NCBI RefSeq assembly: GCF_001194135.2
Contig: NC_068984.1
Coordinates: forward strand, 40,578,086 to 40,642,085
Direction of reading: 5' to 3'
Length of the DNA: 64,000 nucleotides
DNA from: Octopus bimaculoides
Taxonomy: Eukaryota
Positions 1-11,584 of this stretch are shown here, in pieces. A program made the position numbers and the translations under genes. The notes beneath the pieces are model-generated. The model saw nothing but the letters and a program-made list of their open reading frames with translations. It was not told where the DNA came from and did not search any database. The first letter of the stretch is position 1, and every line of letters starts with the position of its first letter.

Positions 1-46
1 ATGATGATGATGATGGTGGTGGTGGTGGTGGTGGTGGTGATGATGA

Positions 47-80
<34 letters not shown>

Positions 81-110
81 GGTGGTGGTGATGATGATGA
101 TGATGATGAG
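1..110. repeat. Compound (ATG)n/(GTG)n microsatellite
   Basis: Alternating ATG and GTG trinucleotide runs visible directly. Confidence 0.95.
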
Positions 111-535
111 TTGGATTATCAAAAGTAACTGAACTCGTAAGTATGCTTTATTGCGTAGATCACCGCTATAAATTGCTTAGTATGATATGCATTTGTGAAT
201 ACATTTTTCTTTCTGTCTCCCATGATTTTATCTCACGTTCTGCCGCTAATGACGCTTTCTTGAGAATCTAAATGAAGATAATTCTGTGACTGTCTGCAGC
301 TGTCTCGGCAGCAGGAAAAAAAAAAAAAAAGAAAAAAGAAAAAGAGAAGAAGAGATATTTGTAAAATGTTCGAGGTGTAACTTTTAAAATTTTACTTTTA
401 ATTGGTATAATAAATACTGAGGCAATCTTAATCGTTCGAACCAACGAATCTCCGCCATCTTCGAGCGTTATATAGCACATACAACATCAGACATTACAAT
501 CGCACGCATACATATATACATACATATGTTACACA

Positions 536-594
<59 letters not shown>

Positions 595-729
595 ACATAA
601 CAAGCACAGTAGCTTGTCGTCAACCAGATGGAGGAGGTGTTCTCCTGGGGGTTAAAAAAGTGTAGTAACGTCGTTCCGCCCGGAACAGCCATGTTGAAGT
701 GGTAGCGTACATTACTTTTTATATGATCA

Positions 730-930
730 TAAAATTGTAATTTCGTTTCGATGCGCTGTGTTCTTGAGCAAAAAACTTTATTTCATGTTGCTCCAGTCCA
801 CTCAGCTGCCAAAAATCAGTAACTCTATGATGGACTGGCGTCTCGTCCAGGGGGAAAAATTCATACGCCACAGAATCCTCGAAACCGGTCTTATGAGCCT
901 ATGGTTCGAGAAGGAACATTGATCCTTATT
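730..930 (+). mobile_element. SINE family C, degenerate copy
   Basis: Carries the family core 'tgtgttcttgagcaaaaaactttatttcatgttgctccagtccactcagctg' shared with the full-length copy at 26790-27050. Confidence 0.75.
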
Positions 931-1059
931 TGATATGTATAAATGCAACTCTGATTTGAGAGGGTGTCAGCTATGGAATTTACTTGTGGACTCGTCATTG
1001 TTAAAAAGAAAAACAAATATATATTTCTCAGAACTCTATTCTACAAGTGGTTGATATAT

Positions 1060-1180
1060 GATGAGATAAGGAGATCTTTGCGTGATTACTGAAGCTGTTA
1101 GAAACAGTAACTACATTTCCCTCAAACCACACTTCACCGAGTTAAAAAGAGGAAGAGCACTCTGGATAATGTGGTAATAG
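1060..1180. repeat. Old dispersed repeat family F, fragment
   Basis: 'ctgttagaaacagtaactacatttccctcaaaccacac...ctggataatg' resembles segments at about 13010-13190, 43330-43450, 53470-53590 and 62560-62740. Aligned by eye only. Confidence 0.5.
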
Positions 1181-1189
1181 ATTATCCTA

Positions 1190-1412
1190 TTGGTGTTGGA
1201 TTCATGATCGTAATATTATGATTTCGATAACTGAACTGAGCGACGCGTTGTCTTCTTGAGCGAAACACTTCATTTCATGTTGTTCCAGTTCACTCAGCGG
1301 GCAAACATGAGTAATCCTGCGACGGACCGGCGTCTCGTCCAGACAGGGAACATATAAGCCATGAAACCGGGAAACTGGCCTTTATGAGTGGAAAGGAACT
1401 TTACTTTTACTT
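1190..1412 (+). mobile_element. SINE family C copy with (CTTTA/CTTTTA)n-like tail
   Basis: Core 'gcgttgtcttcttgagcgaaacacttcatttcatgttgttccagttcactcagc', the segment 'gccatgaaaccgggaaactggcc' and the tail 'ctttacttttacttac' match 26790-27050. Confidence 0.8.
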
Positions 1413-2179
1413 ACACACTTCGACTTCTTCGCGAGCGATACGTCTCGAACCACTTCGTCTCTCAGGGTCAACATACCTTTCTTTCTCAATCCGTCTTTCT
1501 TTCAAGTTATTTTCTTGCTTCTCTCTTTTACGATACTTTATAAATTACGATGCATGACTCTGTCGCTAATTGTGTTTATTTATTTAAATCAACCACCAAA
1601 ATGATTAATTGTGAGATAAAAATTAAAGAATTACAATAAACCAAACGTCCATTCTCTCTTCCTATTTTCTTCACGTTTTCTTTCTTCTCCATTTATATTT
1701 TTCATTGTCTCATTTCAATATCTTGTGAGAACAGAAACTCTACCTCTTTCTCTCTCTCATTCTCTCTCTTTCTCTCCTCACTCTCTCCTCCTCTATCCTT
1801 GTCTTTTCCCCCCTATTCCTGTCTTCTTCTCTCTATCCCTGTCTCCTCCCCCTCTCTCCCCTCTCTCCCCTCTCTCACATATACAAAACAATGCACGCAT
1901 ACACATACAATCATACATAGACGCACACGTGCACACATTCACGCTCACATATATGCACATGCACACCGACATACATACACGAATGAAATCCCGTGTGGTA
2001 TTTGGTTACGTCCCTTTTACGTTCTGAAATCAAATCCGGTCCAAGACATCAACATTCCAAAGTCGATAATATAAATTCCAGTCAATAAAATAAGTCCTGC
2101 GAGTCGATGGGATCGTTTATACATTAAAAAAACTGTGTTCCCGCGTGGACTAAGTTTGAGGACAGAAAATCAGTGGAAT

Positions 2180-2345
2180 AATGAAAAGACAGGTGGCTTA
2201 GTGGCTGGAGTGTTCGGCTCATGATCAGAAGGTCGAGGTTTCAAATCCTGAACTGAGCGGCGCATTGTGTCCTTGAGCAAGGCACTTAAATTTCACTCTT
2301 CTCCATTTCACTCGGTTCTAATGAGTACCCACTGAATTCTAGTGT
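2180..2345 (+). mobile_element. SINE family C head and core
   Basis: A-box-like 'gtggcttagtgg', B-box-like 'ggtttcaaatcc', then the core 'gcattgtgtccttgagcaaggcactt'. Confidence 0.75.
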
Positions 2346-2570
2346 CGCATCTTGGTCATTCCTTTGAACCACGTTGTCAAGGGAATGTCCATACCTGTTC
2401 GCAACTTCGATATCTATGTACCGCAAACAATTAGTGAAAGCATACTACGTTATCACCATTCTCGCTCGTGAGCGACGGCTGTTTTTTTTCTTTAGTGAAA
2501 TAATCAAATAATGGTAAACAGTGATGCAGAACAAACTACACATTTCCTATATTTCCTATTCTACTTAAGT

Positions 2571-2807
2571 GGAGGCGCAATGGCCCAGTGATTAGGGCAG
2601 CGGACTCGCGGTCATAGGATCGCGGTTTCGATTCCCAGACCGGGCGTTGTGAGTGTTTATTGAGCGAAAACACCTAAAGCTCCACGAGGCTCCGGCAGGG
2701 GATGGTGGCGAACCATGCTGTACTCCTTCACCACAACTTTCTCTCTCTTACTTCCTGTTTCTGTTGTGCCTGTAATTCAAAGGGTCAGCCTTGTCACACT
2801 GAATATC
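2571..2807 (+). mobile_element. SINE family A (tRNA-derived head), cut by an assembly gap
   Basis: Near-identical to 25253-25635 and to the reverse complement of 45805-46193. Pol III A box (TGGCCCAGTGA/G) and B box (GGTTTCGATTCC). Confidence 0.9.
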
Positions 2808-3314
2808 NNNNNNNNNNNNNNNNNNNNNNNNNNNNNNNNNNNNNNNNNNNNNNNNNNNNNNNNNNNNNNNNNNNNNNNNNNNNNNNNNNNNNNNNNNNNN
2901 NNNNNNNNNNNNNNNNNNNNNNNNNNNNNNNNNNNNNNNNNNNNNNNNNNNNNNNNNNNNNNNNNNNNNNNNNNNNNNNNNNNNNNNNNNNNNNNNNNNN
3001 NNNNNNNNNNNNNNNNNNNNNNNNNNNNNNNNNNNNNNNNNNNNNNNNNNNNNNNNNNNNNNNNNNNNNNNNNNNNNNNNNNNNNNNNNNNNNNNNNNNN
3101 NNNNNNNNNNNNNNNNNNNNNNNNNNNNNNNNNNNNNNNNNNNNNNNNNNNNNNNNNNNNNNNNATATGTATATGTATATAGATATATAGTCATTATATA
3201 TCGCTTATTCACTACAGACTAAGTGTTGAATCTGACAGGGTTTCAAGAGTCTATTTTTTGTGCCTGCTCTCAAAATAATATAATTGCAGTCCCCTGCTTG
3301 ACGCAACTACCATC

Positions 3315-3317
<3 letters not shown>

Positions 3318-3361
<44 letters not shown>

Positions 3362-3378
3362 GAGAGAGAGAGAGAGAT

Positions 3379-3416
<38 letters not shown>

Positions 3417-3417
3417 T
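3318..3417. repeat. (GA)n/(GATA)n microsatellite
   Basis: Visible directly. Confidence 0.95.
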
Positions 3418-5619
3418 AATGTATGAGATAGTAATGTATGTAGAGGATTAAGTAAGGTAAACTATTTCAGAGTGTGTGTGTCTAAGGAGTAGCTACATAC
3501 TAATGACAGCCACAGAACGACAGTGAAAATGGGGTTGTTGGTTATCTGTATGTAGGGAGCAGGTAGCTCGTACATAAATAATTAAATAGAAAATACATTT
3601 TTGATTTCATATCTAAAGAGATATACTCTAAAGAAAATATATCTGTGGAAAATGATGAGATATGTTTCGAGGTTATGGCATCTAATCTCAAATAGAACAA
3701 TTGTAGGTGTCAAATACTTGAATAGTGTGTAAGTGAAACTTTAATTGAAATAGGAAGCCTCTATTCAAAGTATGAGATCAAGGGACTTTATAGTATCGAT
3801 TAGTAGATTTTAAAAAAAGGTAGCTGGTAAAAATGTACCGACCGGCAACACATCTTCATTTTTAATTTTTTAGGAAAATATTTTCTTTTTAATTATTAAC
3901 CGTTAGTTAACTCAAATTAAATATTTCTATGCTGTTTATTCCCACTCCTTTTTATTCGTTGCAAAGCGCAATAATNNNNNNNNNNNNNNNNNNNNNNNNN
4001 NNNNNNNNNNNNNNNNNNNNNNNNNNNNNNNNNNNNNNNNNNNNNNNNNNNNNNNNNNNNNNNNNNNNNNNNNNNNNNNNNNNNNNNNNNNNNNNNNNNN
4101 NNNNNNNNNNNNNNNNNNNNNNNNNNNNNNNNNNNNNNNNNNNNNNNNNNNNNNNNNNNNNNNNNNNNNNNNNNNNNNNNNNNNNNNNNNNNNNNNNNNN
4201 NNNNNNNNNNNNNNNNNNNNNNNNNNNNNNNNNNNNNNNNNNNNNNNNNNNNNNNNNNNNNNNNNNNNNNNNNNNNNNNNNNNNNNNNNNNNNNNNNNNN
4301 NNNNNGTCTGTTTGTGTGTGTGTATGAATGTAAAATTTTCTGCTTAACGAAGATGATTAAATAAGCCACAAGCCATAGTGTCAATCAAATATCAACGGAA
4401 TAATCCATGTAAGAGAAAAGTAAATTATTCGAATGTCTTAATTTCGACTGAGAGACAACATGTGCTTCACTTACAGTGAAAGATCGTAAACAATTTTCTC
4501 CTGCTTCTCTTTCTGGTGGTATAAGAATAAATAGATAAATAAATAATAAAATATAAAAATTAAAAGAAAAAAAGTCAAGCGTACAAGAGTTAGAATTGGC
4601 AACGGCTAACAGTGCATTCGATTTACCCTCAGTTCGCATGGGTGCCAAAATCAGCTGGGTAGGGCGTCTTGCTAGTCAGTGCCACCCTCGAGCCTGTCGC
4701 TGAGCAGCTAGTGTTGATCACTACAAAAGGTGCACTGGGACTGTCACTTATTCAATTGTTTTCTTTAAAATACAAGATTATTTATTGTCGCACCATCTGC
4801 TAGATGGACTCTAAACCTCCGTGTTAAATGCCATGCAGAATACCAAGTAACTGGGGATAATCTCATTATTGTTTTTCTCCTTCAAATCAAGCATGGAAGT
4901 CTAATGAGCCCATAATTTCTGGGTAGCTGTGAAATGATACCGTTCGTGTTCTCTCATTATCATGTGATGATTTGCGCGCCCCCGTACAAGTGATGTCAAT
5001 GTGGCTCTGTGGCCTACCGTACAAGGGTCGAGCCGAGAGTCAAACATCAGCGACGACCATCAGTGCGGCAGGCTTTATTGTCGCATAAGCTCCCACCTCC
5101 TCGTTGCACGTCAACAGTAGAATGCAGGTCATTAAAGAAGATGTGATCAATCACGCAGACGTATTCGCTTCAGCAGTGAGCATCGAGAATAAGAAGCATA
5201 AAGACTAATTTCATTATATAACAATAAGTAACCATCTCTGACATCATATAGACACATCATATAACATGCTTGAGGAATGGAGTGAGATGTCGGCAGCATC
5301 GAGCTGAAGATAATAGTGTTCAAATTACAGTCGATTGATTGTATCTTTCTTTCTAATGTATTGTCTTGTTTTTATGCAGACACCCACTTTATAGAAGCAA
5401 TGATTACTGCCCTGAGTGCAACGATCTGTAATCTATAAAGTCATATTTCAGTGAGGTTACAGACAATTTTAAAATACGTTGCAGATAATTCAATATTATA
5501 ACAATAACATCAACGACAACAACATTATTATTGTTGTTGTTGTTGTTGTTGTTGTTATTATTCTTAATAATAACATTGTGGTTGCTTTTAGTATTGTTAC
5601 GATAATTACCAATATAAAT

Positions 5620-6435
5620 GCGGCAGATTAGATGAATAGCACGCCGTACAAACTGCTTAGCAGCATTTCATCCGTCATTATGTTCTGAGTTCAAATTCCG
5701 CTAAGGCTGACTTTGCCTTTCATCCTTTCAGGGTCGATAAAAAAAGTGCTGACTGAGCACTAGAGTCGATGTAATCCCCACCCTCGATATATCCCTCCTC
5801 TCTTCGAATTTCAGGTCCTGTGCCTAAAGCAGAAAGGATTATCATTACTATCATCATTGAGATTGTTGTTTTTAATATTGTTTTAATAATTACTATCATA
5901 CAAGTAGTAGACTGAAAAAATAGTGGGTCGGACAAAATGCTTAGCGGCATTTAGTCCGTCTTTTCTTTCCTAGTTCAAATTCTGCCGTGGTCAACTTCAC
6001 TTTTCATTCTCGATAAAATAAGTAGCAGTTGAGCACTGGAGTTGATGCTATCGACTTACCCACTCCTCCAAAATTACTGGCTTTGTGTCAAGATTTGAAA
6101 CCAATATCGTTATGGTAATTACAATTATAAAGGCAGTAGATTGGAAGAATAGCGCGTCGGACAAAATGCCTAACAGCATTTCTTCAGAGATTTCGTTCTG
6201 AATTCAAATTCCGCCGTTTACCAATGAGGTCGATATAATCGACTAACTCCCTCCCTCTAAAATTGCTGATCTCGTGCCAAAATTTGACACCATTATTGTG
6301 GTTGTTGGTTTTAATATTTTTGTAATAATTGCTGTTATAATGAAAGTCGATTGGAAGAATCGTTACAATGTAGGACATAATGCCTTGCAGTATTTGTTCC
6401 TGCTTCTATACGTTCTAAGTTCAAATCACACCGTA
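5620..6435 (+). mobile_element. Head-to-tail cluster of four degenerate SINE family B copies
   Basis: The B motif 'aaatgcttagcggcatt...gttctgagttcaaattccgc' recurs at about 5620, 5905, 6130 and 6345. The first three continue into the 'gtcgataaaataagtaccagttgagcactgg' domain. Confidence 0.8.
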
Positions 6436-7807
6436 ACAGCAGCATCAGCAGCAACGGTAGCAGCAGTATGAACTACAGATATAGGAAGAGTGCTATGAGC
6501 GTTGCTATCTTTTCAAAAGACACAAGAATAGTGAGGAAAGTCTCTCTAAAAGTAACACTAGCGGTTTGAGAAAACTTGGAGGAAACAGTTTAGAGAAGAA
6601 TGTCGTACCGTAACAGTCAAGGGCCGACGAATGAAAAGGCTTACATTCACACAGCTAGTGAAATGTTAGGAATATGGAACGGTGTAGATGTCGTTACTCT
6701 GGCTAGTCGATATGAAGCAGTGGTAATGAGATTCCTCTCAAAAGCTCGCTCATATAGACCCTTCACTCCCCCTCGAGATATGCAAGCCAGTGAATTGAAA
6801 AGGTGAAAGTGTTGGCTGTAATTGAACAACTAGTGATTGTTCGCATGTTTTGTATTGCAGGGAGAGGACACAATCCTGGACGTGTAGACTGCCCACAGGA
6901 AGCCTGGTCCAGTATCGGCATGAAAATCTTGGTTCAAATAAATCAGAAAAATTTGGACAAGATTCAAAATGAAATAGGTAGACCTACCAAAATGTTATGA
7001 AACAGTACGTTATGATGTCATCTAAGTGTTTTCCGCCCACAAGAGTTATCAAAATCAATACGAACTCTATGTTGTTGATACAGGAAGCACAGAATTAACA
7101 GCAATATAAAAAAACGGCAGCGACTTCAATAACAATAGCAACAACAGAAACAACGACAATAGCAGGTACCGAAACATCAGAAAGAAGTGTCAGCGAGTTG
7201 GACAGCACTGAGTAAATGAGTACTCTTTCTTTTACCCCACCAAACATAACATTACAATACAAACGACACTTGTACACACATACGCTCACACACACATACA
7301 TACTCACACGCACGCGCATTCACGCACGCGCATTCACGCACACTCCTGCATCAACCAGCCATTTTCTTCATTTTCTTACGATTCCATCAACTCCACCGAA
7401 TTCTCATCAAATAGCGAAGAGAAAGTGAAGGAAACTGGTGCCTACTTCGACGGGAAGTGCTTAGTTGTTTAGAGATAAAATTAACTGCTTTGGAGGGTAT
7501 GTTCTATGTGTGTTAATGGGTAAATCAACAGCATTGCCATCCCTTGGAATGGAACTCATGGAATAAAGCATTCTGGCAAGTGAAATACGTTCCTTCTAAG
7601 GTATGAGCATGTGGTGAGCCAGAGATGACCCGCAACATGTAGTTGGGTGAGCTCTGCACTAATATCCGGGTCCTGATAGCCCATTAGACCACTGAGCTAT
7701 TCTGGTGTTATACTTTTTGAAACGTCAATCTAACTGAACCTTCGAAGTAGAAGGTCCAGTTACTAGACCTTCGGTAGCAAATTCTTCTTGAGTGCCTTCT
7801 GCTCACA

Positions 7808-7935
<128 letters not shown>

Positions 7936-7989
7936 AGAAGAGAACAGAGGCGGTGACAACAGTATTTTCTTGTGGTGTAGATCATAATC

Positions 7990-8880
7990 TGTAGATTTTC
8001 GATTCTTTGTATTTTGGGGAAAGGAAATTAATGTCATTTTCAACTTAGTGACCAGTAGAATGTTGATTCTGTAATCAGTAGAAATTCCTTAAATACTATT
8101 ATAGTTTCATGTGTACTGTTTAAGCATTTTAACTAGAAACTGGAGACTCAAGGGAGCCTTTCAATCGCTAGCAATCTTGATTACTTGTGAAGTTACTCGT
8201 TAGTAATTCTGATCCATGCTTAAGGTGTTGCTATATTCTCCGTCTTCCTCTATTATAATCTGCTATGTGTCCTTATTCGGTTGCACATTAACATTCTATA
8301 TGTTCTCCAATTATGCTTAGATTTTCGTTGGTTGTGGGGTATGTTTTAAAGTTATAATTACTTTAACGGTGTTCCAGTATAATATTTAAAATATTTATTT
8401 CAAAAACATGATTCTAATTGAAAAAATGCTCTAGAATAATTTTCCTCTTTCTTTCTATTATTTCTAGAAGTTCTTTTCTTTTTATTTTGCTTTTACTTTT
8501 CTTCAACATACGCCTAACTTTCTATTTGACTAAGTAAGAATAGATATTTTCCGTGTTGCTAATTTATAAAATATTTTCTCTTCCCATGTATACTTTTAAC
8601 GGCCTAGCAAGTTATGGGTTGAACCTTGTTTAGCTTGCTAATTTCATGGCTACTGAGTAAGCTATGATTGAACGTGTTCAGATTTAGGTTTATTTCTGTG
8701 GAAACATTACTTGAAGGGGTCATTTGTAAAATGGCTATTCTTTCTCAGAAATGATTATATATTCTTAGCTTTGGAAAATATTTCTAGTATTTTAGGTGTA
8801 TTGGTTTTGTTATGGTCAATAGTATTCTCTAATGGTTCTCTGTTAAATATCACATATTGTCGCTTCTAGTTATCCTGTTG
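7990..8880 (-). mobile_element. Decayed Penelope-like element, probable N-terminal ORF region
   Basis: Minus strand 8620-8695 reads INLNLNTFNHSLLSSHEISKLNK, resembling the PLE 'INLS..L...E..LL.KG' motif upstream of the RT. The surrounding sequence is A-rich with many stops. Confidence 0.4.
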
Positions 8881-8895
8881 CGTTAAGGGAATATG

Positions 8896-8896
<1 letters not shown>

Positions 8897-8927
<31 letters not shown>

Positions 8928-8954
8928 AAGAAAGATATCTTCATAGAACATACA

Positions 8955-9015
<61 letters not shown>
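8897..9015. repeat. Compound (TATC)n-(TACA)n-(TA)n microsatellite
   Basis: Visible directly. Confidence 0.95.
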
Positions 9016-9017
<2 letters not shown>

Positions 9018-9048
9018 AACAATAAGCAACACGGATTTCAAAAGTGAT

Positions 9049-9137
9049 TGCAGTACGCACGTTTCATGCTACTTCAATTTATTTAAGTAATGTGAGCATT
9101 ACCTTAAATGCAATATGAAGAGCAATCTTCAGCTGCA
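9049..9137 (-). ncRNA. Type I hammerhead ribozyme motif
   Basis: Minus strand reads TGCAG-CTGAAGA-[long stem II]-GAAA-C-GTGC-GT-A-CTGCA. It has the full catalytic core, a 5-bp stem I and a GUA cleavage triplet. The 10.1/11.1 pair is U.U rather than G-C. Confidence 0.7.
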
Positions 9138-9425
9138 CGAAAAAATGTAGAAAAAAAGACATATTACAAATGTGGCAACATATTAAAACCAAGTGGGAGA
9201 GAGCAGAGGAAGAATATATAAGTCCATCTTGACATAGCAGGGTCTATCAGGCTAGCCAAAATTTTGGGTCGTGTGCTTAGGGTAAAAAAGGATATTAAAT
9301 ACGTGTGTGTGTATTCGTGCGTGTATGCGTGTTGTGACTAGGTATTCATAGTCAACTATCCACACGGCGGATTTTTAGAGGGTTTCTTAGTAGATTACCT
9401 TAGTTCTGGATTTATAATATTCCTT

Positions 9426-9647
9426 TTAGTAAAATCAGCGAGCTAGCAGAATCGTTAGCACGCCTGGTAAAATGCTTAGCTCCATTTCGTTCGTCATTAC
9501 GTCCTGAGTTCAAATTCCACCGAGGCCGACTCTGCCTTTCATCCTTTCAAGGTCAATAAAATAAGTACCAGTTGAGCACCGGGGTCGATGCAATCGACTT
9601 TTCCCCTCCTCCAAAATTGCTGGCCTTGTGCCTCAAATTTGAAACTG
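9426..9647 (+). mobile_element. SINE family B copy with 9-bp TSD
   Basis: Full B consensus, flanked by ATATTCCTT at 9417-9425 and 9648-9656. Confidence 0.9.
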
Positions 9648-10444
9648 ATATTCCTTGTAGATGTCTGCATTTGCCCTTGTAGCGCCCTGTCATTTTGATG
9701 TCTGCTTTTTATACTTGTGTCGCTTATTCTTTTTATTGTTTGGGTAGATGATCCATTATGAATGTGGTCGTTCCTATTATGTCGATTGCTTTGTGCAGTG
9801 AGACCTCAGGTGTTTGTGTATGAGCGGTTTTATTCTATTTTCGGTCTGTATTACTCNNNNNNNNNNNNNNNNNNNNNNNNNNNNNNNNNNNNNNNNNNNN
9901 NNNNNNNNNNNNNNNNNNNNNNNNNNNNNNNNNNNNNNNNNNNNNNNNNNNNNNNNNNNNNNNNNNNNNNNNNNNNNNNNNNNNNNNNNNNNNNNNNNNN
10001 NNNNNNNNNNNNNNNNNNNNNNNNNNNNNNNNNNNNNNNNNNNNNNNNNNNNNNNNNNNNNNNNNNNNNNNNNNNNNNNNNNNNNNNNNNNNNNNNNNNN
10101 NNNNNNNNNNNNNNNNNNNNNNNNNNNNNNNNNNNNNNNNNNNNNNNNNNNNNNNNNNNNNNNNNNNNNNNNNNNNNNNNNNNNNNNNNNNNNNNNNNNN
10201 NNNNNNNNNNNNNNNNNNNNNNNNNNNNNNNNNNNNNNNNNNNNNNNNNNNNNNNNNNNNNNNNNNNNNNNNNNNNNNNNNNNNNNNNNNNNNNNNNNNN
10301 NNNNNNNNNNNNNNNNNNNNNNNNNNNNNNNNNNNNNNNNNNNNNNNNNNNNNNNNNNNNNNNNNNNNNNNNNNNNNNNNNNNNNNNNNNNNNNNNNNNN
10401 NNNNNNNNNNNNNNNNNNNNNNNNNNNNNNNNNATATATATATA

Positions 10445-10587
10445 TATACATATATACACACACGACAGGCTTCTTTCAGTTTCCGCCTACAAAATCAACT
10501 CACAAGGCTTTGGTCGGCCCGAAGCTATAGTAGAAGACATTTTCCGAAGGTGCCACGCAGTGGGACTGAAGCCGGAACCATGTGGTT
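10445..10587 (-). mobile_element. SINE family D/E, 5' module
   Basis: 'cttctttcagtttccgcctac...cacaaggctttggtcggcccgaagctatagtagaagac...ggtgccacgcagtgggactgaa' matches 18420-18540. Confidence 0.85.
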
Positions 10588-10849
10588 CTTAAGAATATTT
10601 TAGTCCATGTTCTTGTATGAAGGTTTGTGAATGAATCAACAAGTAGAAAAATCTAAGGGGAGGTCATTTGTGATTGTTATTACTCGTGACCGGGGAGGTA
10701 ATTGCTCATTTTTAGAATGGAATAAATAAACACAAAAACTCATAGGCTAAAGTAGTGAGATGAAATATGTAGAGTGATAGATATGTGATCATGAATTAAA
10801 ATATATACTGAGACTAAAGTTGGTTATGCGCTCATATTTAGGCGTGTTC

Positions 10850-11584
10850 TTTACTTAAATGTTCTTGTACCAAAATTGTTTCTTTGCACTGGTAGATGGG
10901 GAAAACTGAAATTTGGTTGGAGATTCCCAGCACATCTCTCTATGTGTTCACTCAAATGTATCTGTCTATACTTTGGGAAACGGATCTGTTCCTTATGTAG
11001 TAGTGTGTTTCTCTGTCTAAGTGCCATACTTGTCTGTCCTATATAGTTATGTTCACAACCTGAAAAGCTGACACATATGCTCGAATGCACAAGTGAAGTT
11101 GGCCTCAATTGCGAATCTCTCTCCATGTTTGAACTGGAATTCCAAGCCTTCCAGTAGGTTGGGGCATGTTCCACAGTTTGGACGTCCACATTTTTTAATT
11201 ATTGGTTTCGTGGTTGTTGTGTAAAGCTTCGCATTTGTTAGAAGTCTATTCAACGATTTGGGTTGCTTTTTACATTTGTTGAATTTGTTTTCAGAATGTC
11301 GTTCATTTTGGATCCCTAGTGAGCAGTGATAGATTTTGTACAATGGTGTTGTATGCCTCATTGTTTCTAGAGTTGTGAGTTGATATATACGGTAGTATTT
11401 TGAGATGAGGTATGGTGTTTCGTTTTGTTTTCCTTAGTGTTTTAATGCTCGTTTTCTTGGCATGTTTAATTCCAACATTTATAAGTGAGGGTGAATAGTG
11501 TCTCTCAGTTGGTGTTGTTCTGAAGTCTTGAAGACGGAGGTCCCTAGTATTTCCATGTATATACTTACATTCGCTAATATACAT
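10850..11584 (-). mobile_element. Penelope-like element 3' fragment: RT thumb, Cys linker and GIY-YIG endonuclease (frameshifted)
   Basis: Minus-strand reading across frames gives ERHYSPSLINVGI (thumb), KCGRPNCGTC (Cys-rich linker as in Neptune-type PLEs), ANFTCA, HNYIGQTSMALRQR (YIG motif) and HLSEHIERC. Confidence 0.85.

Noticed and set aside
1425-1475. Minus-strand hammerhead-like 'ctgagagacgaagtggttcgagacgta'
   Set aside because: There are two core changes and stem I cannot form.
2571-2645. tRNA-like sequences at 2571, 25255, 46120-46193 and 26975-27050
   Set aside because: They have A and B boxes but no complete cloverleaf, and they continue into shared SINE bodies with TSDs. These are SINE heads, not tRNA genes.
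6600-7060. Possible RTE endonuclease remnant (GVDVVTL..., 'tgttttccgcccaca' like VYAPT)
   Set aside because: The motif matches are too weak and scattered across frames to support a call.
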